Shown in pieces: positions 12,986 through 27,600 of a DNA stretch of 64,000 nt (positions within the stretch are counted from its first letter, which is position 1; the number at the start of each line of letters is the position of its first letter). Below the pieces are notes generated by a model. The model searched no databases and had not been told where the DNA came from. It saw only the letters and a program-made list of their open reading frames with translations. This stretch comes from Takakia lepidozioides (lineage: Eukaryota > Plantae > Bryophyta). The translations under genes and the position numbers were made by a program. Location: contig CM060732.1 in NCBI GenBank assembly GCA_030704615.1, forward strand, positions 8,370,001 to 8,434,000, given 5' to 3'.

Positions 12986-15900
12986 CCTTCAATCACTTGA
13001 GACCTGTAGAACTAAAATTCGCAGATTCGACAAAATCCTATCTAGATCTACCAGGATACACTGGTACCAGGATACACGGGGCATTGCCTCATCATATCTT
13101 CCAAAAGGGCCACAGGCTCGCCCTTGATCAGCTGCCTGACTTCTACAATTTGATCACCGAGCGGTGGGGGGTGAAGCCAAAGCCACATGTGAGTGATCAT
13201 CCTGCAGGCCCAAGCTCCACAGTCTCATGAGCTCCAACACCTCCTTGTAAATACTGCACAATAGCCAGGCACTGCTTGCGTCATCAACTGTTGTATATCG
13301 TGCACAGCTCCGAGTACACTTCAAGGTACCTTTCCCTGGATCTTGGAGGCTTAATCTTATCCAATTCATAGGTTCTGTACTATTCCTGGAGAGACTGTAA
13401 GACTGAGACATGTGGTGGGGCGCACAAGCTGGGTAGTGTTAGCTAGCTCATAAAATTTTAGCTTCTGTATGTGCCTTCACCATGACAGTAGTAGGTAGTT
13501 TTTCATCTCTGGATAACTTGTAATAAATGAGGCCATCCTTGTATCAATATCAATATCAATTTCCTCCGTTAGCCTCATGCAGGAGTGGCAGAGTGCCAAA
13601 GCTATAGCACGAGGCTACCAGACAGTTATATAGCTTAGTGTAATCTTGACTAGAGCTTCTAGAGCATCAACCAGAACCTCACCAGAACTTGCCTGCTGGC
13701 TTCAGGAGACATCTCAACTGTGGACACCACAGAAGCAGGAATGTAAAGGCGCTTCACTGTATTTTTTTTTATGTTGAGACACCTTTGAATTCCTGCTGAT
13801 GAATTGCAAGTTACGGCGTTGCAGCAATAACCTAAGCGAGCTTTTGACAGAGTGTTGACACAATGAAGGAAGATGTAGCTTTTGCAGCTTGGCATGCTCT
13901 GACTGAAATCTTGACGGTCGCTATACATGGCCTAGAGAGACAATTTATACATCTAGATCTTGACATTTGATCGCACGACTGGTGATGGGCAGTATTTGTA
14001 GCTGGTTACTTGACAGTAAATTGAGATCTCTGGCCGCTTCTTCTACTTGCATCACTCGTTCCTATGTGTAGACCCAGAATGACTGCTGGGAAAATTGCTA
14101 GTTGTCTCAGTTTCATGATCGTCAGCGCCAGGAATTGTCATTGAATATTTGTGGAAATATCTTAGATCTTCCCGTGAAAAGTAAGGTTCGAAACACTCAT
14201 AGCTCTACCAAATTCCGTGTTGATTGGGCCGCAAGGTCTATGCATCCACCACACACGGTATCTGTGGATGCTTTACATGCAGACGTTCTCCAATACTGTC
14301 AAGAGATTCAAGAACACCCGTGACTAACACCTGCCTAAAATGACCGCTGGTCAAGTGCCGAATTGGTTTCTTCAATATTCCTTCTCCATTCAAAGAAAGA
14401 AGACTTAGTTTTGTACACATGACACGATTGTACAACCATTATGGCTCCTAGGATGCATTAGGGGGGGGAATACGTGTTTACCGTTTTCAGATCACGTGCG
14501 ATCTTGTGAGATTTTTAAATCATAGGCCTTCTTTTTCAAACACAGTTACTACTCAAGATCTTTCTGGCGGGATTAAGACTAGATGCACAACAATTTGCTG
14601 AGTACTTGAGCACTTCAATAGCTGTTGGTTATAGCAATTTAACTAGGATCCCTGAGATCCTCTATGTTTCTTGGCATCCGATAATTTTCTGTCTCCTACG
14701 TTTGCTTTGAAAAATGTCGGACTGGAAAGACCTTTATGCTGATCGTTTGAATCCTGGAATACTTGTATGATTCTTTGAGGTGAGCTGGATCCTTGGCTTA
14801 CATTGGACCTAACTTGGGGGAGCTCCTGTAAAATGGAAGTTTCCAACTTATGGGTAAGCAGAGAGAGTCGAGGAAGAGAGTCCTCTTCCCGTCCTCTTAC
14901 AACGACAATAGAGGAGGATAGGTCTACATGATGGTCCATAGTAAGGTTCAAAGTGACTGAGATATGACTGGAATATCCGGGAGAATACTTCACCAGCTGC
15001 GCGCTGTCTCATGTCACGTGCGCGCTAAGTGCTCAGCTTTTGGTTATAAAGGAAGAGCTACCTACGAAGACTAGCACTTCAACTGTTGTGAGAAGCAAAC
15101 TGACACCATGGTTTAATTTGTCTCTCTTCTGTCTCCGGTAAATCAACGCTTCAAATAAATTGTGAAGCGACTTGATCCGAAACCTGGTCCTATCATTCAC
15201 ACAATCCACAAGTTCCTAGGATGTCGCTGACCATTTTTCAAGATCCTTCTGTGGATACTATCTACGTGATTCAGCTGACCTCTTTGCTGCAAAGCGTGTC
15301 GAGGGGAGGTGTCACATTGACTTGCTCGGTCCCACTCTGAACTTCAGAACTTATCGCGATTGCCATGTATCCGTCCCAGAGGAGGAGTTATCTAGATAAT
15401 TCCACCTGAGAGAAAGCTGGGAGTGCACCACAAGCAGTCCGAGGCGCTGAGCGTTTGTTCCAAGTGCATGAGCATTTGAATAGATCTTGGAGCCACATCG
15501 GCAAATTGTGTCCAAATTGGAGAGGAGACCAGAACAAACATTCTCCTCGAGGGACGTAGACTTACCCACGTCAAGATCGCCCTCTTTTCTTCGGGTGATC
15601 TCAATGGCCATCGACATGGTTATCCTATAATCTCGTGTCAAATCTTGAGTTCTGTTCCTCCAGGTCTCTCTTTGTGTAGATCTCGACTCTTTCAAAACAT
15701 GCGCATTAGTGTCTCGGTAGAGACATGTGCAGCGTGCGCGACCTGCGTCCCTCATGCGATTCTTTTCAACAGGTTGACGGGAGAATGTGAGTTAACCCAG
15801 GGCTAACCCATTAGATTCACTAAATATTCCGAAAATATTGCACCCCAGGACAAACCCCAAGTTATCTGTGATCAGTCCGGCTTTGTGGAAGGCCCTCTAA

Positions 15901-18299
15901 AAGACAGGATTCCAACGGACTAGAACGCCTACGGCACTTGCTTACAGTCATTAGTTGGAGTACATGAACAATGCTGAATGACGACTAAACGGGACAGGTA
16001 TATTGATGGTAATGAGTTGGTCGCAAGGCTTGTCATTCCGACTACGCAATTTAATCTATCGGTAAACCCTGAACATCTGGCAGTCGAGGCCTCCGATGAT
16101 GCTCAATTGAGATGCATAACTTGCGGCTGATGGAGCCTGAAAATTGTATTATTGGAGGAAGGTGACAGCTCCTCGGTTGAACGTTGCCAATGTTCCTCCG
16201 CTTCAAATGGCTCATGCAGGTCACGGTACCCTGGCTTAGGTGTTGTATTCTACGTCAACTACTAGCCTCCTGCTTGCATATTTGGCTGGACACTGCAGAG
16301 CGCCCAGTTGGCAAGGAGCTGCCTCAGATTGCTAGGCCTAACCCCAACAAGGGTACGTACGCGGCATCCGTGAATTGCTTAAAATTCGGGGGATCTGATG
16401 AGTCTATCTCATGTGCTACATAGTTAGCAATTGACTCGCAATTGTGGACATCAGAAAATATCCTGGTCTCACCAGACAGCAGGCCAAGAGCTTATGTGGT
16501 CCGGGTCTTTTTCAAGGACGTAGGTCCTAGCTCCAGAATATATATATATATGTAAGACCTGTTCATCAAACTTTGATAGACCAATTCTCCTCGAATTGTA
16601 CGTGTGCTGGCCCATCTTGGTGTGCATTTCAAGACGCTGATCTCAAGATAATCTGCACTTTTTTTCCACTTGAAAAAACGGCAGATCTGTAGCATTGATC
16701 GTGATCATTATTTTGCTTTACTACCTAGTAATTAACCCTATTTCACTATACTGTTTACTACATACTTTGAACTAATCAGGTGATTTGAAGTATCAGGGAA
16801 ACTCACTACCAAAGCACGATCACACAAGTAGTAAAAATAAACCAGTTTTACCTGATTTTTTCCCAGCTTATGTTTTATGAGGGAACCAAACTCTCATAAC
16901 AACATTCCTTGAAAGAAGATTCCAACTAGTTCATAGAAAATATGTGATCAAATGTGAGAAAGTACCTCGTTTTTTCCCCTCCATTGCAATGTTCAAGAAA
17001 CTCTGACATTGCTATTGATACTCCCACGTAAACTGTACATCTCCTATACTTGAGTTTAGGGATCGGCATTTTCCTTAGACAGGATATACTCTGCCACCTC
17101 AATGACTTGCTCATCAGGAGATGAGTTGTTGATTAAAGGCGGTTTCTTACTGATTTTGTTTTCAGCCTTCATATAATTCTTCAAATTTCGATACATGTCA
17201 TCAACATCATGCAAACCCAGTTCCTTTAGGACAATGTGCTCTGAAGATGCCAAGGCTATGGCTGCCACCACTGCCCCATCATCGTGTGCTAATGTTTTGT
17301 TTTCGCCTTCAATGGCGTTTGCCCCCTTCCTTCGCTTCTGCTTTGTCTTTGACGATATCACAGCCAAACACCCAAGGTAAGGTACAATGAAGCAAGGTAC
17401 ATTCTGCCACACTCATACTGGTACCTATTTTCTGGTAGGTGATCAACCTTACATGATTGTGTATCTACACAAGAAACAAAGAAAAGAACTGCCCGAGGGA
17501 GATACATTTTCGGTACAACAATATGCGATGCAAATGCGTCTAGGGTTAAATTCTCCTTTCCTCTACCATAACGCCAGTATCAGGGGATGATAACTCGGCA
17601 AAGCAGGCCACGCGGAGAGGAGGGGATCATGCAGCAGAGGACGATGACAAATGTTCTGCTGCATCTCGCGAACGCACAGGCCAAGCACTGAGAACATGTT
17701 CATCAGTATGTCACCCTCATAGCCGTTTCTACAGCTCACCCTTGTACACATAAATGAGTTCACACAATAAAATACGACCCAAATCTCATGTGGTTTACAT
17801 TAGACATAGGATGGGAGTTGAATGCGCGCATGCGAGACCGTGGGCCCCCCTCGTCGGAGCCGTGGCCCCTCCGGCGCGCTGCCGGAAGCAGAAGAGCTAT
17901 GTTTCCTGCAACCATCTCATAGATCAGATAGGGACCTGCAATCCTTATCTTGGCCTTGGATTCCATTGGACCATGCTGCAGTTTAACACATACAATTTGA
18001 CCTGCAACAATGCAACCCGCCTATTGTATTGCTTAGCCTGAGGTAGTTGGGCTTTAGAAATATTAAACTTGGCATCCTCTAATGCTCTGGAGTGATGTGC
18101 CTACAGTTTCTCAACATAAGAATCCCAGTCCTCAGGTATAGCAATGACATGGTTCAGGGGAGTAGAACGTATGGGGTGAGATGCAAGGCCGACCATACAA
18201 AAGATCAAAAGGAGTTTTGCGAGCAAAGGCAGGGATAGCTGAAGGATAATGATAGAGTGTGGGTCCAGATTCACCCAAGAGGCCAGATTTCATGGACTC

Positions 18300-18368
18300 G
18301 TCCAAGGGGAGAAGGAAGGACGAATGACACCAGCATCAAGCATTCGTTTGATTTCTTCTTGAATGAAG
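18300..18368 (-). mobile_element. Tiny Ty3/gypsy RT N-terminal remnant
   Basis: The minus strand translates to IQEEIKRMLDAGVIRPS. Confidence 0.55.
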
Positions 18369-19239
18369 CAATATCATGACAGGTGTCCCTTTTCCCATGG
18401 ACACGTGGACGCAGAAAGATCGTCGATGAGATTGGACAGTATGTGGACACGTGGCCTTATCAACCAAGGACACGTGTCACATTTTTGGTGTTACGAAATG
18501 GATTCCATCAAAATTGCAATGACTTCAAAAACAACTATGTGAGTGAGCAATAAATTACTCATGTTGATATAATGAGAATTAACAATATATAATACCACTG
18601 ACAGAGTGGTTATGTGAAACCCATTCAGTCATTTTGTACTCATTTCATGTAGTTTTAGATAGGTCAAGATTATTATTCATTGGTGTGAAATACAAGAACG
18701 ATTCTAGTAGTAGTTTGTTAGACGTCTACCGGTATTCAGCCAGTGGTTAGGTTGTATACTAAAACCATTGTCTCAGTCATTCTCTGTGTCCCACTGAGTA
18801 GGGACTATGTATTGGGATGATTACTGACAGAGTGGTATTTTAGTGATTTAAAATTATACAACTGGAGGAATACACTATTATAGTAAGTGACTAATTCTAC
18901 CACTAGTGGATTTGCCTACTGTCATAGTCTTAAAAATACCACTAGTAGAGTGGCGTGTAAGTGATTAGGAATAGGACTAGAGGAACACATACCCACTACT
19001 ATGGTGATATGTAAATGATTACGCATACCACTAGTGTAGTGAAAGAAGAACCAATTGTGTTCATTTGGCTACTGTCGGTCTTCCCCCTAGCCTCTGTAAA
19101 TAATGGAGCAAAGATGCATTGCCAATTTGGACAGGCCCACACATTGCAAGTGAATCTGCAAATCAAAATAGTCTTGAAGATTCAAACTTCAAAAAACACA
19201 ATAGAATCCCAGAGAGTAAGTGCTGGAACAGAGTCAACA

Positions 19240-19789
19240 CACTACAACAGATCGCGGTAGTTATGACTGCCAAACCGTGGTAGTCATGGTTTTCATGACT
19301 TTGACCATGACTGCACCATGTTTTTATATGAAATTGACTTCCCGCAGTCGTTCATACAACTGTAGTCATATGAACGACTATCTAAATAGTCGTCTGTATG
19401 ACTACATGGCTCCGGAATGGGCGGAAGGCTGGTCAACGGCAATTGACCAGATTTAGCTCACCATTCATAGTCATTTCCATGACTACAGTGTACATGGATG
19501 AGGTTACATAGTCATGATGACTACTGGGGATTTTGTAATTTGGTGTGTATAATACAATTAAAACACCATATGATCATATGAATGACTAATGGGTGTATTG
19601 GTTAACAGGTGGTGAACTATAACTCTTATAGTAAAGAGGTTGCAGGTTCAAATTCCTCTAAGTACAATCAAATGGATAAGATGGCCATAGGGTTAGTAGG
19701 CGAGCTAGGGATAACACGTGGTTTTTTCATTATTATAAAATACATTATGTCACGTGGCACAATGCCGTGTGACGCGGCGTTTGACACAT

Positions 19790-19831
<42 letters not shown>

Positions 19832-20077
19832 CCTTAAATTTTTTTAAATCAATTGCGCCTCGCCACGTGGCGCGGTAGCGGCGCTGCAGTATGGTATATA
19901 TGACTGCAGTGAGAGATATCACTTGGTTCATATGACTGTAGTCATCCGGACCGTACCATCATGTACTCATTGTATTGACTTAGTTTGCACGACTTATAGT
20001 CATAGAAGTCATATGTACCGTTTATAACTGCAGAATAGTCATATATACAGTCATAAATACCGCGATCTGTTGTAGTG
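19240..20077. mobile_element. Non-autonomous CACTA element
   Basis: TIRs CACTACAACAGATCGCGGTA... / ...TACCGCGATCTGTTGTAGTG, a 3-bp TSD ACA on both sides, many atgact/agtcat subterminal repeats and an internal poly(T). Confidence 0.93.
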
Positions 20078-21919
20078 ACAAAATCCAGCCATGATAAAAG
20101 GTCTCATTCTACATCTACACGATATCTCCGTATGCATGCTAAGAACACTGTACTACTTTCCTGCCTTAGCCTCACTGCCAGCAATGTCTCTGCCCGGGCA
20201 AACCAAACTTCTAAGCCCTCTTCATGTGCTTCTCTGGCCAAAGACAATTCAAAGCTATGATCTGATCCAACTCTGTTTGTGGTGGGTTCTCTTCCTCGTT
20301 ATGATAAAGCAACTTGCAATCTGCAACGTAGACATAAGTCACCTCAACTCGCCACTGGCCTTCAGGAATATCACAGCAGTGATATTTATCTTTGTCAGGC
20401 ACACCAGTGATCCGGCCACTGCCGACCCTATGTCGTGGTGAGTCGGGATCATAGAGGCTAACCTTGTCGTTCTGTACTCAACACCCACCACATAATGATC
20501 ATGAATGAACCCATGAAGTATAGGTATTGAAAACTAGAGAATAAGGAACGTCCACTAAGATGAAGAAAGCGTAGAGTACTTTGGGTAGCATAAGAATATC
20601 TAGGACAGTGGCAGAGGGTTTGTATCTTGAGCTTTCTTTGAAGGCGCCGCAATTGGTGCACATGTGGAAGTATTAAGAGCTTCTTTTTTCAGCCTGCAAA
20701 CGTCATGCCCATGGCCCCTTAGCTATCACAAAAAGCAATGCAAATGACACAGCGTATCAAACCCCTCATGCCAAAATGAGGCTGAAGGTACATGGAGGAG
20801 AAGGCAAATAGGTGGAGCAAAACTCCCCTCCAACACGGGAATTTCAGTAGAAACAGATGCCTCCGTGAGGCCCACCCGATCCTTACTCCAGCTAGAAGTT
20901 GGTGTTATGTCACCTATTGCATCAGTCAATTTCAGGGACTCTTTGGCAGCAATGGCTCTGGTCGAAGTTGCACCTTTTCAGGTGTACTTCTTTTCAGCTC
21001 CCTTCACGACAGCTGGGGCAGGTGCCTCTACTGCAATGATCTCCTTTTTACATGCCAGAAACAACATGCAGTAGTACATGAGTATGCTTCATATACATGG
21101 CAGGAAGGACAATGCGTAATGGCCCACAAATGATAAGGCAAGATAAACGCAAACATTTGAGTACCTCTTTCTGTGGGGAGGTAGCCTTCACAGGAATGGG
21201 GTCATCCCCTACTGCCAATTCCCTGCTGCCCCCCTTACCATCACTCTGTGTGGAGAGTGACGAATCAGTAGCAAGCATTGTTGTGCCGCCTCCCCTCTTA
21301 CGTGGCAGTTTCTCGGACTGTCCCTTGTGCCCCACCTTCACAATACTCACCAGGGGTCCTCAGGCCCAGACTTTGCCGGATCCCCAACGTGCAAAGGATC
21401 TCGCACCCAAGTAATAGTGAGAACAGTGTACAAGAGCTCAGACTCTACAAACACAAAAGCAGTAGTTCAACCACGTGGGGTGAAGGTACCCACAGCGTGG
21501 GGACACAAGTCGCAAGGCCAGGTGGGGCATCATCCAACCCCTCAATGATAGGAGTATACGTTGGGATAGTAATTGGAAGAGGGGCGGACATTGCACCTGC
21601 CATCATCATTGCCATCAATGCATCCAATTTTGTGGCATTCTCTTAAGAGGCCTTAGCCACTTCTGCTTAATACTGTGGCCCTCAATGCTCAGGATCTGAT
21701 TTTCTGACAGGGCAGTAAAACTGCCCTCAAGGGAAGACAAGGGGCATGTAAATCATTCAAGTAAGAAGCAAGCATATATACTCCCAGCTTCCCTGACAAT
21801 TAGCACTGACATGGGAATCGCTGCCAATGGCACAGTCCCTTATAACTCAACATGAAGCTAGGGTCCCTTAATTAATGTGGCAATTTTGATGCCTTAATTG
21901 TATGTATTACAGCCTATGC

Positions 21920-22180
21920 ACTACTAGGAAATTTCCCATTATTCAATGTTGGAATGTTTTACATTATCCAATGCTAGGAAATTTCAAATTATACACTGCT
22001 GAAATGTTTTACATTATTCAATGGTGGGATGTTTTCAATGGTAGGATTTTTGCTGGGATGTTTACATACATTAGAGTGATGCAATTTTGAAATTTATTGC
22101 TGAAATGTTTTCAATGTTTCAATGTTTTCAATGTTTTCAAGGTATTTAATCTACTCAATGTATTCAAGGTCTTCAAGGTA
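21920..22180. repeat. Degenerate short tandem repeat (aatgttttc-like)
   Basis: Repeated caatgtttt/aatgct units. Confidence 0.6.
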
Positions 22181-22970
22181 TTTCATTTCCTTCTATGGTT
22201 GATCTCTAGTTGGTCTCTCATCTTTGGGCAGTAGTCCTGACCCCTTTCCAAGCAGATCCATGGCATGCTCTCTCTTTACAAGGCAAGGAACCCGTAGGTC
22301 AGATCAGCTAAAATTGAGAACCCAGCAAACTTGTCAAGATTGAAACTCTTAGAAATGGCAAATGTCACTGGTTTATGCATGAGCTCCAGTCATCATTTTA
22401 AAAAGATTCCCTCACTTGACAAAAACAAGACGGATTGTAACTTAATATATATAGCAGACAGACAATAACTTAGGGTCTCTTTAGACTATAGGGGGTTGTA
22501 AGACCAAAAACAAACAAGCTAATTCAGTTAGACAGTGGCATATATGGTTTGGCCATAAGACACTGCAAGAATACTTGACTCATGATTGTTTCTTGACAGT
22601 TTTAAATGAGCAGGTAAGTAAGTTATCTGCTACCTATAATGAGTAGATTTCTCGGAATATAAGTTAGAACGTTAGAACAGATTACAAAAACCACTGGGTT
22701 ATCAGCAGCTGGGTTCTTACCTCGCTAGTCCATTCACTTCCTTCTATGGTTGATCTCTAGTTGGTCTCTCATCTAGACACTCGCCCTGCATTTGTTTAGA
22801 TCCACGCACTTCCATTGATACAACAAACATAACTTACTAAATTCCTATCCACGCTCCATTCCAATCCCAAACACATCCCAAACCCCATGCTGGTCTTTGA
22901 CTACCTGATCCACCTAGTCTCTAACCTTAGGGTCATTACCCTTGCATTGTTGCTTCTTCTTGGAGTTGTG

Positions 22971-23602
22971 GAGAGCTCCTATTCTGTCAGTTACCAACAC
23001 AATTCCATCAGTGACGAAGGTCAACGAAGGTGAACAAGAACATTTCAACCTGCCCAACAAACCTGCCCGAAAAATAAATAAATAAATAAATAAAATTGAA
23101 ATTGAATACAATATCACATTCCAAAAAGCGAAAAGTACCTTATACAGGACAGAAGAGCCACCTTCGTTCAACTTAGGTCCAACACATATATATATTTTTC
23201 ACCGGCATCCCTGGATATTTCCGTAGGATACGATAATCCAAGCTAGAGATTAAAATGGCTAAAAAACATGCAGAATTCTTCCACGTTTGTACAGAATTCT
23301 TCAACGTTAGAAGTCCATATCTCATGTTGTTGTTGTTGTTTTTTTTCTTTTTTTTCCTTCGACATCCATTTCTTTCATTTTTACCTTTATGTTCTCCCGC
23401 TCAGCCTCCACCTTCGGCAGCCAAAGGTGGCGTGTCAGTACAATCCCTTGTCATTTTTCATTATTGTTTCTCACAAATCCAAGCATACAATTACGGGCAG
23501 TCCGAGAAAAAAATTATATTATCACGTGGCCGCCGTTTTCGCATCCACGTCACACTGATGGCTGATGACTGATGTCCGATAGCTGATAGAATAGCAAATC
23601 CC
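22971..23602. mobile_element. Non-autonomous MULE-like element, copy 1
   Basis: Colinear with 48716-49439. Imperfect TIRs ctattctgtcagtta / tagctgatagaatag. The TSD is not conserved in this copy. Confidence 0.7.
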
Positions 23603-25257
23603 ATTCCTGTGGGGGCTCTCTTGCGCTGGCCAGTGGTGAAAGCTGCTTCAATTTCCTGTAAACTGTTCGTTTTTTGTGCTCTTGTCCCAAGATCAGTCTC
23701 GCCATGCCCTATCATTTCCAAGTATTCCCTTGTTGGGATTGGAAGGACCTTCCTACTGCACATATTATCACACAAATACCACAATGCACATTTGATGGTT
23801 AGACTAAATCACAACAGTGGAATGAAAAATGACAAGTACTGTAAAATTTCAACATACCTTTTTTTAAAGGTGTATAGAGGGCCACTGTCGGTGTCAATGT
23901 CATTGTCGCTGGATACAGACATCTTTGGAGCAAGATTTGTTTTTACCACGCGGGCTTGGTACGTCTTGTAGTGCTTATACTCCTTAAACCAATTATAAAT
24001 GTCTTCTTCTTTCCAGCGCATAGTAAGCATGCTCCCATTTTGCAGGAACAATAGCCCCGCCAGTGTTGGCTCACACTCGTGGATAAAGCACTTGATGACG
24101 TCTTGACCTTCCACATCATGCCGCAAACTCCTCTCCAACAATGATGTAATCCCTGGATCTTGTGCATTCTGAAACCACCCCCGGACAGCCTTGATGTTTT
24201 GGTTGTACACCCTCCATTGCGCTGGGTGATACAGCCTCAAATAGTCTCTTCCATATGGTGAATGCTGCCCCCCCTCCCCCCACAGATCCTCTCATAGGAT
24301 GGGCCAGGGTCAATTCCCTCCATAGGCTTGGGATCATTCGTTGCATCTGCACAGCCAGGCCAACCAATTTGTTGCATCTGCTGTTGGGATGGGGCTGGAA
24401 GAACAGGCTGTATCATCAACCAAAAATAAATCTATCCCATTAACATGCACAGATTAAACTTAGAAATGTGGTTGATAAGAGTCTATTTAAAGCAATGGCA
24501 CAGATACAAACACCAACCTCCGTATTGGGATTGCAAGGCTGCTTCAGGCTTGAATGACAAGTGCTGCTGCAGCTGTTGTTGCTGTTTTTGGAGCTCTTGT
24601 TGTTTCTGCTTTTGCTATAACTCCTTGTGTCGCTGTTGGGATGGGGTTGGAGGAGGAGAGAGTGCTACCTGCAATGTAGGGAACTTGTGTTCTTCCCTCA
24701 GCCCTACAACCTTTGCCAATGTTGAGCCCACATCTCCTAGCGCTGCAAGGGAGGTAGAATTGGGTTGCAGGGCCTAAAGCTTCTGTGGGACATCTTTCAT
24801 CTCTCTTCCAAGGGACGGTGCCCTACATATCTCCACTCCTCAATAAAAATAAAATGGAATCTACCTGAGTACATCATTCATGGGAGCCAATGTGCAAGCC
24901 AAGAAAGTACAACAGACGAGTTTCTACCCACCTTGAAGCAGCAACGGTGTGAGGTGCGTGGATTCCCTGTGTTCCACAGGATGAGACTCATCGTTAATAC
25001 CAAAGTTCGCATCAAGACTGCTTATCCAAGGTACTGAACAATTCATTGAACGTCCACTTGGAAGTCGAATGATGTAATATTACATGTTATGTATCCACGA
25101 TAAACAAATGGGTCGCATCGAACATGGGGAGACTCCTACTCTACCATAATCGATACAACTTGCTAGTAATTTTATTGATTGAATCTTCATATCAAGCACA
25201 ATGTTCACATACCACACCATTGGAATGATGTTTTGGATGTGACAAGGGCAGTAAAAT

Positions 25258-25738
25258 AGCATGAAACATTCGGAAGAGGTACTAGGGTAGTACAATAAGG
25301 TTTGGGGTGTAATTAGAGAGAAGTGCAATAAGGTTTGGGTTTACGGTAAGGGTAAGGGTTTAGGGTTTGGATTTAGGGTACAAAGGGACAAATAAATATG
25401 ATGGATTCACACTCGGTAGAGTTAAGAAATGGTTGAAGAATTTGATATCCCTGTAATCATTCTATCATACCTTATCCAACAAAAGAAAATATTAAAAGAG
25501 CATGAAACATTGAGTAACATGGTAGTACAATAAGGTTTGGAGTGTAACTAGGGTAGTATAATAAGGTTTGGGGTGTAATTAGAGAGAAGTGCAATAAGGT
25601 TTGGGTTTACGGTAAGGGTAAGGGTTTAGGGTTTGGATTTAGGATACAAAGCAACAAACAAATATGATGGACTCACACTCGGTAGAATTAAGAAATGGTT
25701 GAGGAATTTGATATCCCTGTAATCATTCTATCATACCT
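25258..25738. repeat. Tandem duplication containing telomere-like ggtttagggttt motifs
   Basis: Two near-identical units (aataaggtttggggtgtaattagagagaagtgc...gatatccctgtaatcattctatcatacct). Confidence 0.85.
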
Positions 25739-26689
25739 GCGGAAGCAGAAAAACATCATGACACCTAGACCGGACCGTTCTTCTACTCGTTCGTTTGTTA
25801 AGCATCATGTCACCGTTCCGTTCGTGGTATGGCAAATGCTCAGAAAAGATATATCAACCCCTCGTAGGGCTCCTGCCTGCAGTACCTGCACTCCGTTATC
25901 TCGTATGCTTGGTTCACCATGTGCGGCTCATGTAACATCGAAACTGGACTGACGGGTTGTCTGATCAAGAGGGAACGGATAGATTTACCCCGGGTGATGA
26001 AACAAGGCCCCAATTTTTACTTTATAAGCTATTGTAATCTAGGGACGTCGTTTATGTAACACCTGCAAGTTTGACCCCCGACAACGCGGGGGAGGCTACG
26101 TTGGGCCAGGAATGAGGGGGAGCGCAATGCAAGTGTTACTTGAGCAAATGAGGAGCTGAGAATGTGAGCCAAGCAATGAAGGAAGAAGGTAGTGATGAGC
26201 CTCGCCGTGCACGCTTACCGCGAAGAGGAAAAAGGCTGCGTCGATCCGGGGCCTGGAGTCCGGCGACGAGGTGGGTTAACTCAAGAACCACCCACCCGTG
26301 AAGTGTGTCGCTAAGCTTGCCGGAGGGTCAGCAGTCGATAGAGGGAACTCCTCCCACTTTCTGTAAACTACCAGCCAACACATGGTTCACTCCTATGCTC
26401 GCAGGGCAAAAGTCGTTTGTGTCACCTACGGAATCTACTCCTATCTATTTGCCTTCCAAGACATACTTATTAGTGTTAACACAGCTTCACCCCGGAGCCT
26501 GTCTTATCCTCTTGGGAGGTCCCCTTTGCTTGGAGCGCCTACTGCCAGAAGACCATGCGGTGTGTTAAGGGCCAGCCGCTTAGGTCGGGGTTGCTTCACA
26601 TTCACGTTTCTTCGGATCGCATGTGCGTGCTTGGGTCCAGGCCCACATCAATGCGGAGCACACAAAAGACCTCACCATTCTCACAGGGT

Positions 26690-27600
26690 TGGCACTTCTA
26701 AAGACGACAGGGATCAATTAGATTCGTTAAACATTTTGTTTATATTCAGATCTGTGTAAAGTTCCTTTGTTTGAGCTCTAGAACTACGCTATCTCCATTT
26801 CCAGTCCTATGCGATGTACTGTCAGTACGACCAGACGGGGACGAACAGGTGCAGGAGGGGGTTACCTACTGGTGAACTCTTTAACTCCGTTACTCAATTT
26901 GATTCATGGTCTCCGTTTGCATACATTAAGGTGCTAATGCTATCTGCGCAGGCACTTCTATGAATGACAGGACTTGGTCAGAGTTCTGCTTCTGGGTTCG
27001 AGCTCCATCAGCCCCTGTTACGATTCTCTGTCTACTGCAATGTACTGTCTGTACCTACATATACACAGGGATGAATAGGACCGAAGGATGAGCTACCTGC
27101 TGGTGACCTCCCATAGGTCCTTGTGACTACTCAAATTTAACCAGGATTAAGGCAGTAAGCTACAAGGATCCCTGCTCTGTTTGCTGTCGTTCACGATGTA
27201 CAGTCAGTACATTTAGACAGGGACGAACAGGTGTGGGAATATGTAACATGTTGCCTCCCATATGCCTTATGTTTACTCGGACCTAACCCACGTCTGTGTT
27301 TGCAAACTAGGTGTTGCTACGACTACTGCGTAAGCATCACTTTTGTTTTTGTACAGATCTACATTACATTGCTGTGTTTTGTGCTATGTAAGATCCCTGT
27401 TTATATTCTCTGCCCCTCACAAATGTACTGTCAGTACATTCACACAGAGATGAACAGGTTTGGAAGTGAGTCTTGTTAAACGTGCAGACCTACAGGAAGT
27501 TTCTGAGTTCGAGCTTTACTAAAGTCCCTGACTCTGTCTTCTATCTTATACAGTCAGTACATTATGACAGGGACGGCCTGGCTTGGGTATGGGCCTGGCT
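26690..27600. repeat. Array of ~5 diverged units carrying the palindrome ATGTACTG-T-CAGTACAT
   Basis: Motif at 26814, 27040, 27196, 27423 and ~27546, each followed by an acagggacgaacaggt-like sequence. Confidence 0.75.

Noticed and set aside
16700-17412. Protein-coding exon (ORF 17056-17412)
   Set aside because: Protein-like, but frameshifted and not assignable to any family from the sequence alone.
25340-25640. Interstitial telomere
   Set aside because: Only one or two TTTAGGG units occur, within a duplicated TE-like segment.
26690-27600. CRISPR-like array
   Set aside because: The repeats are degenerate, the spacing is irregular and long, the context is eukaryotic and there are no cas genes.
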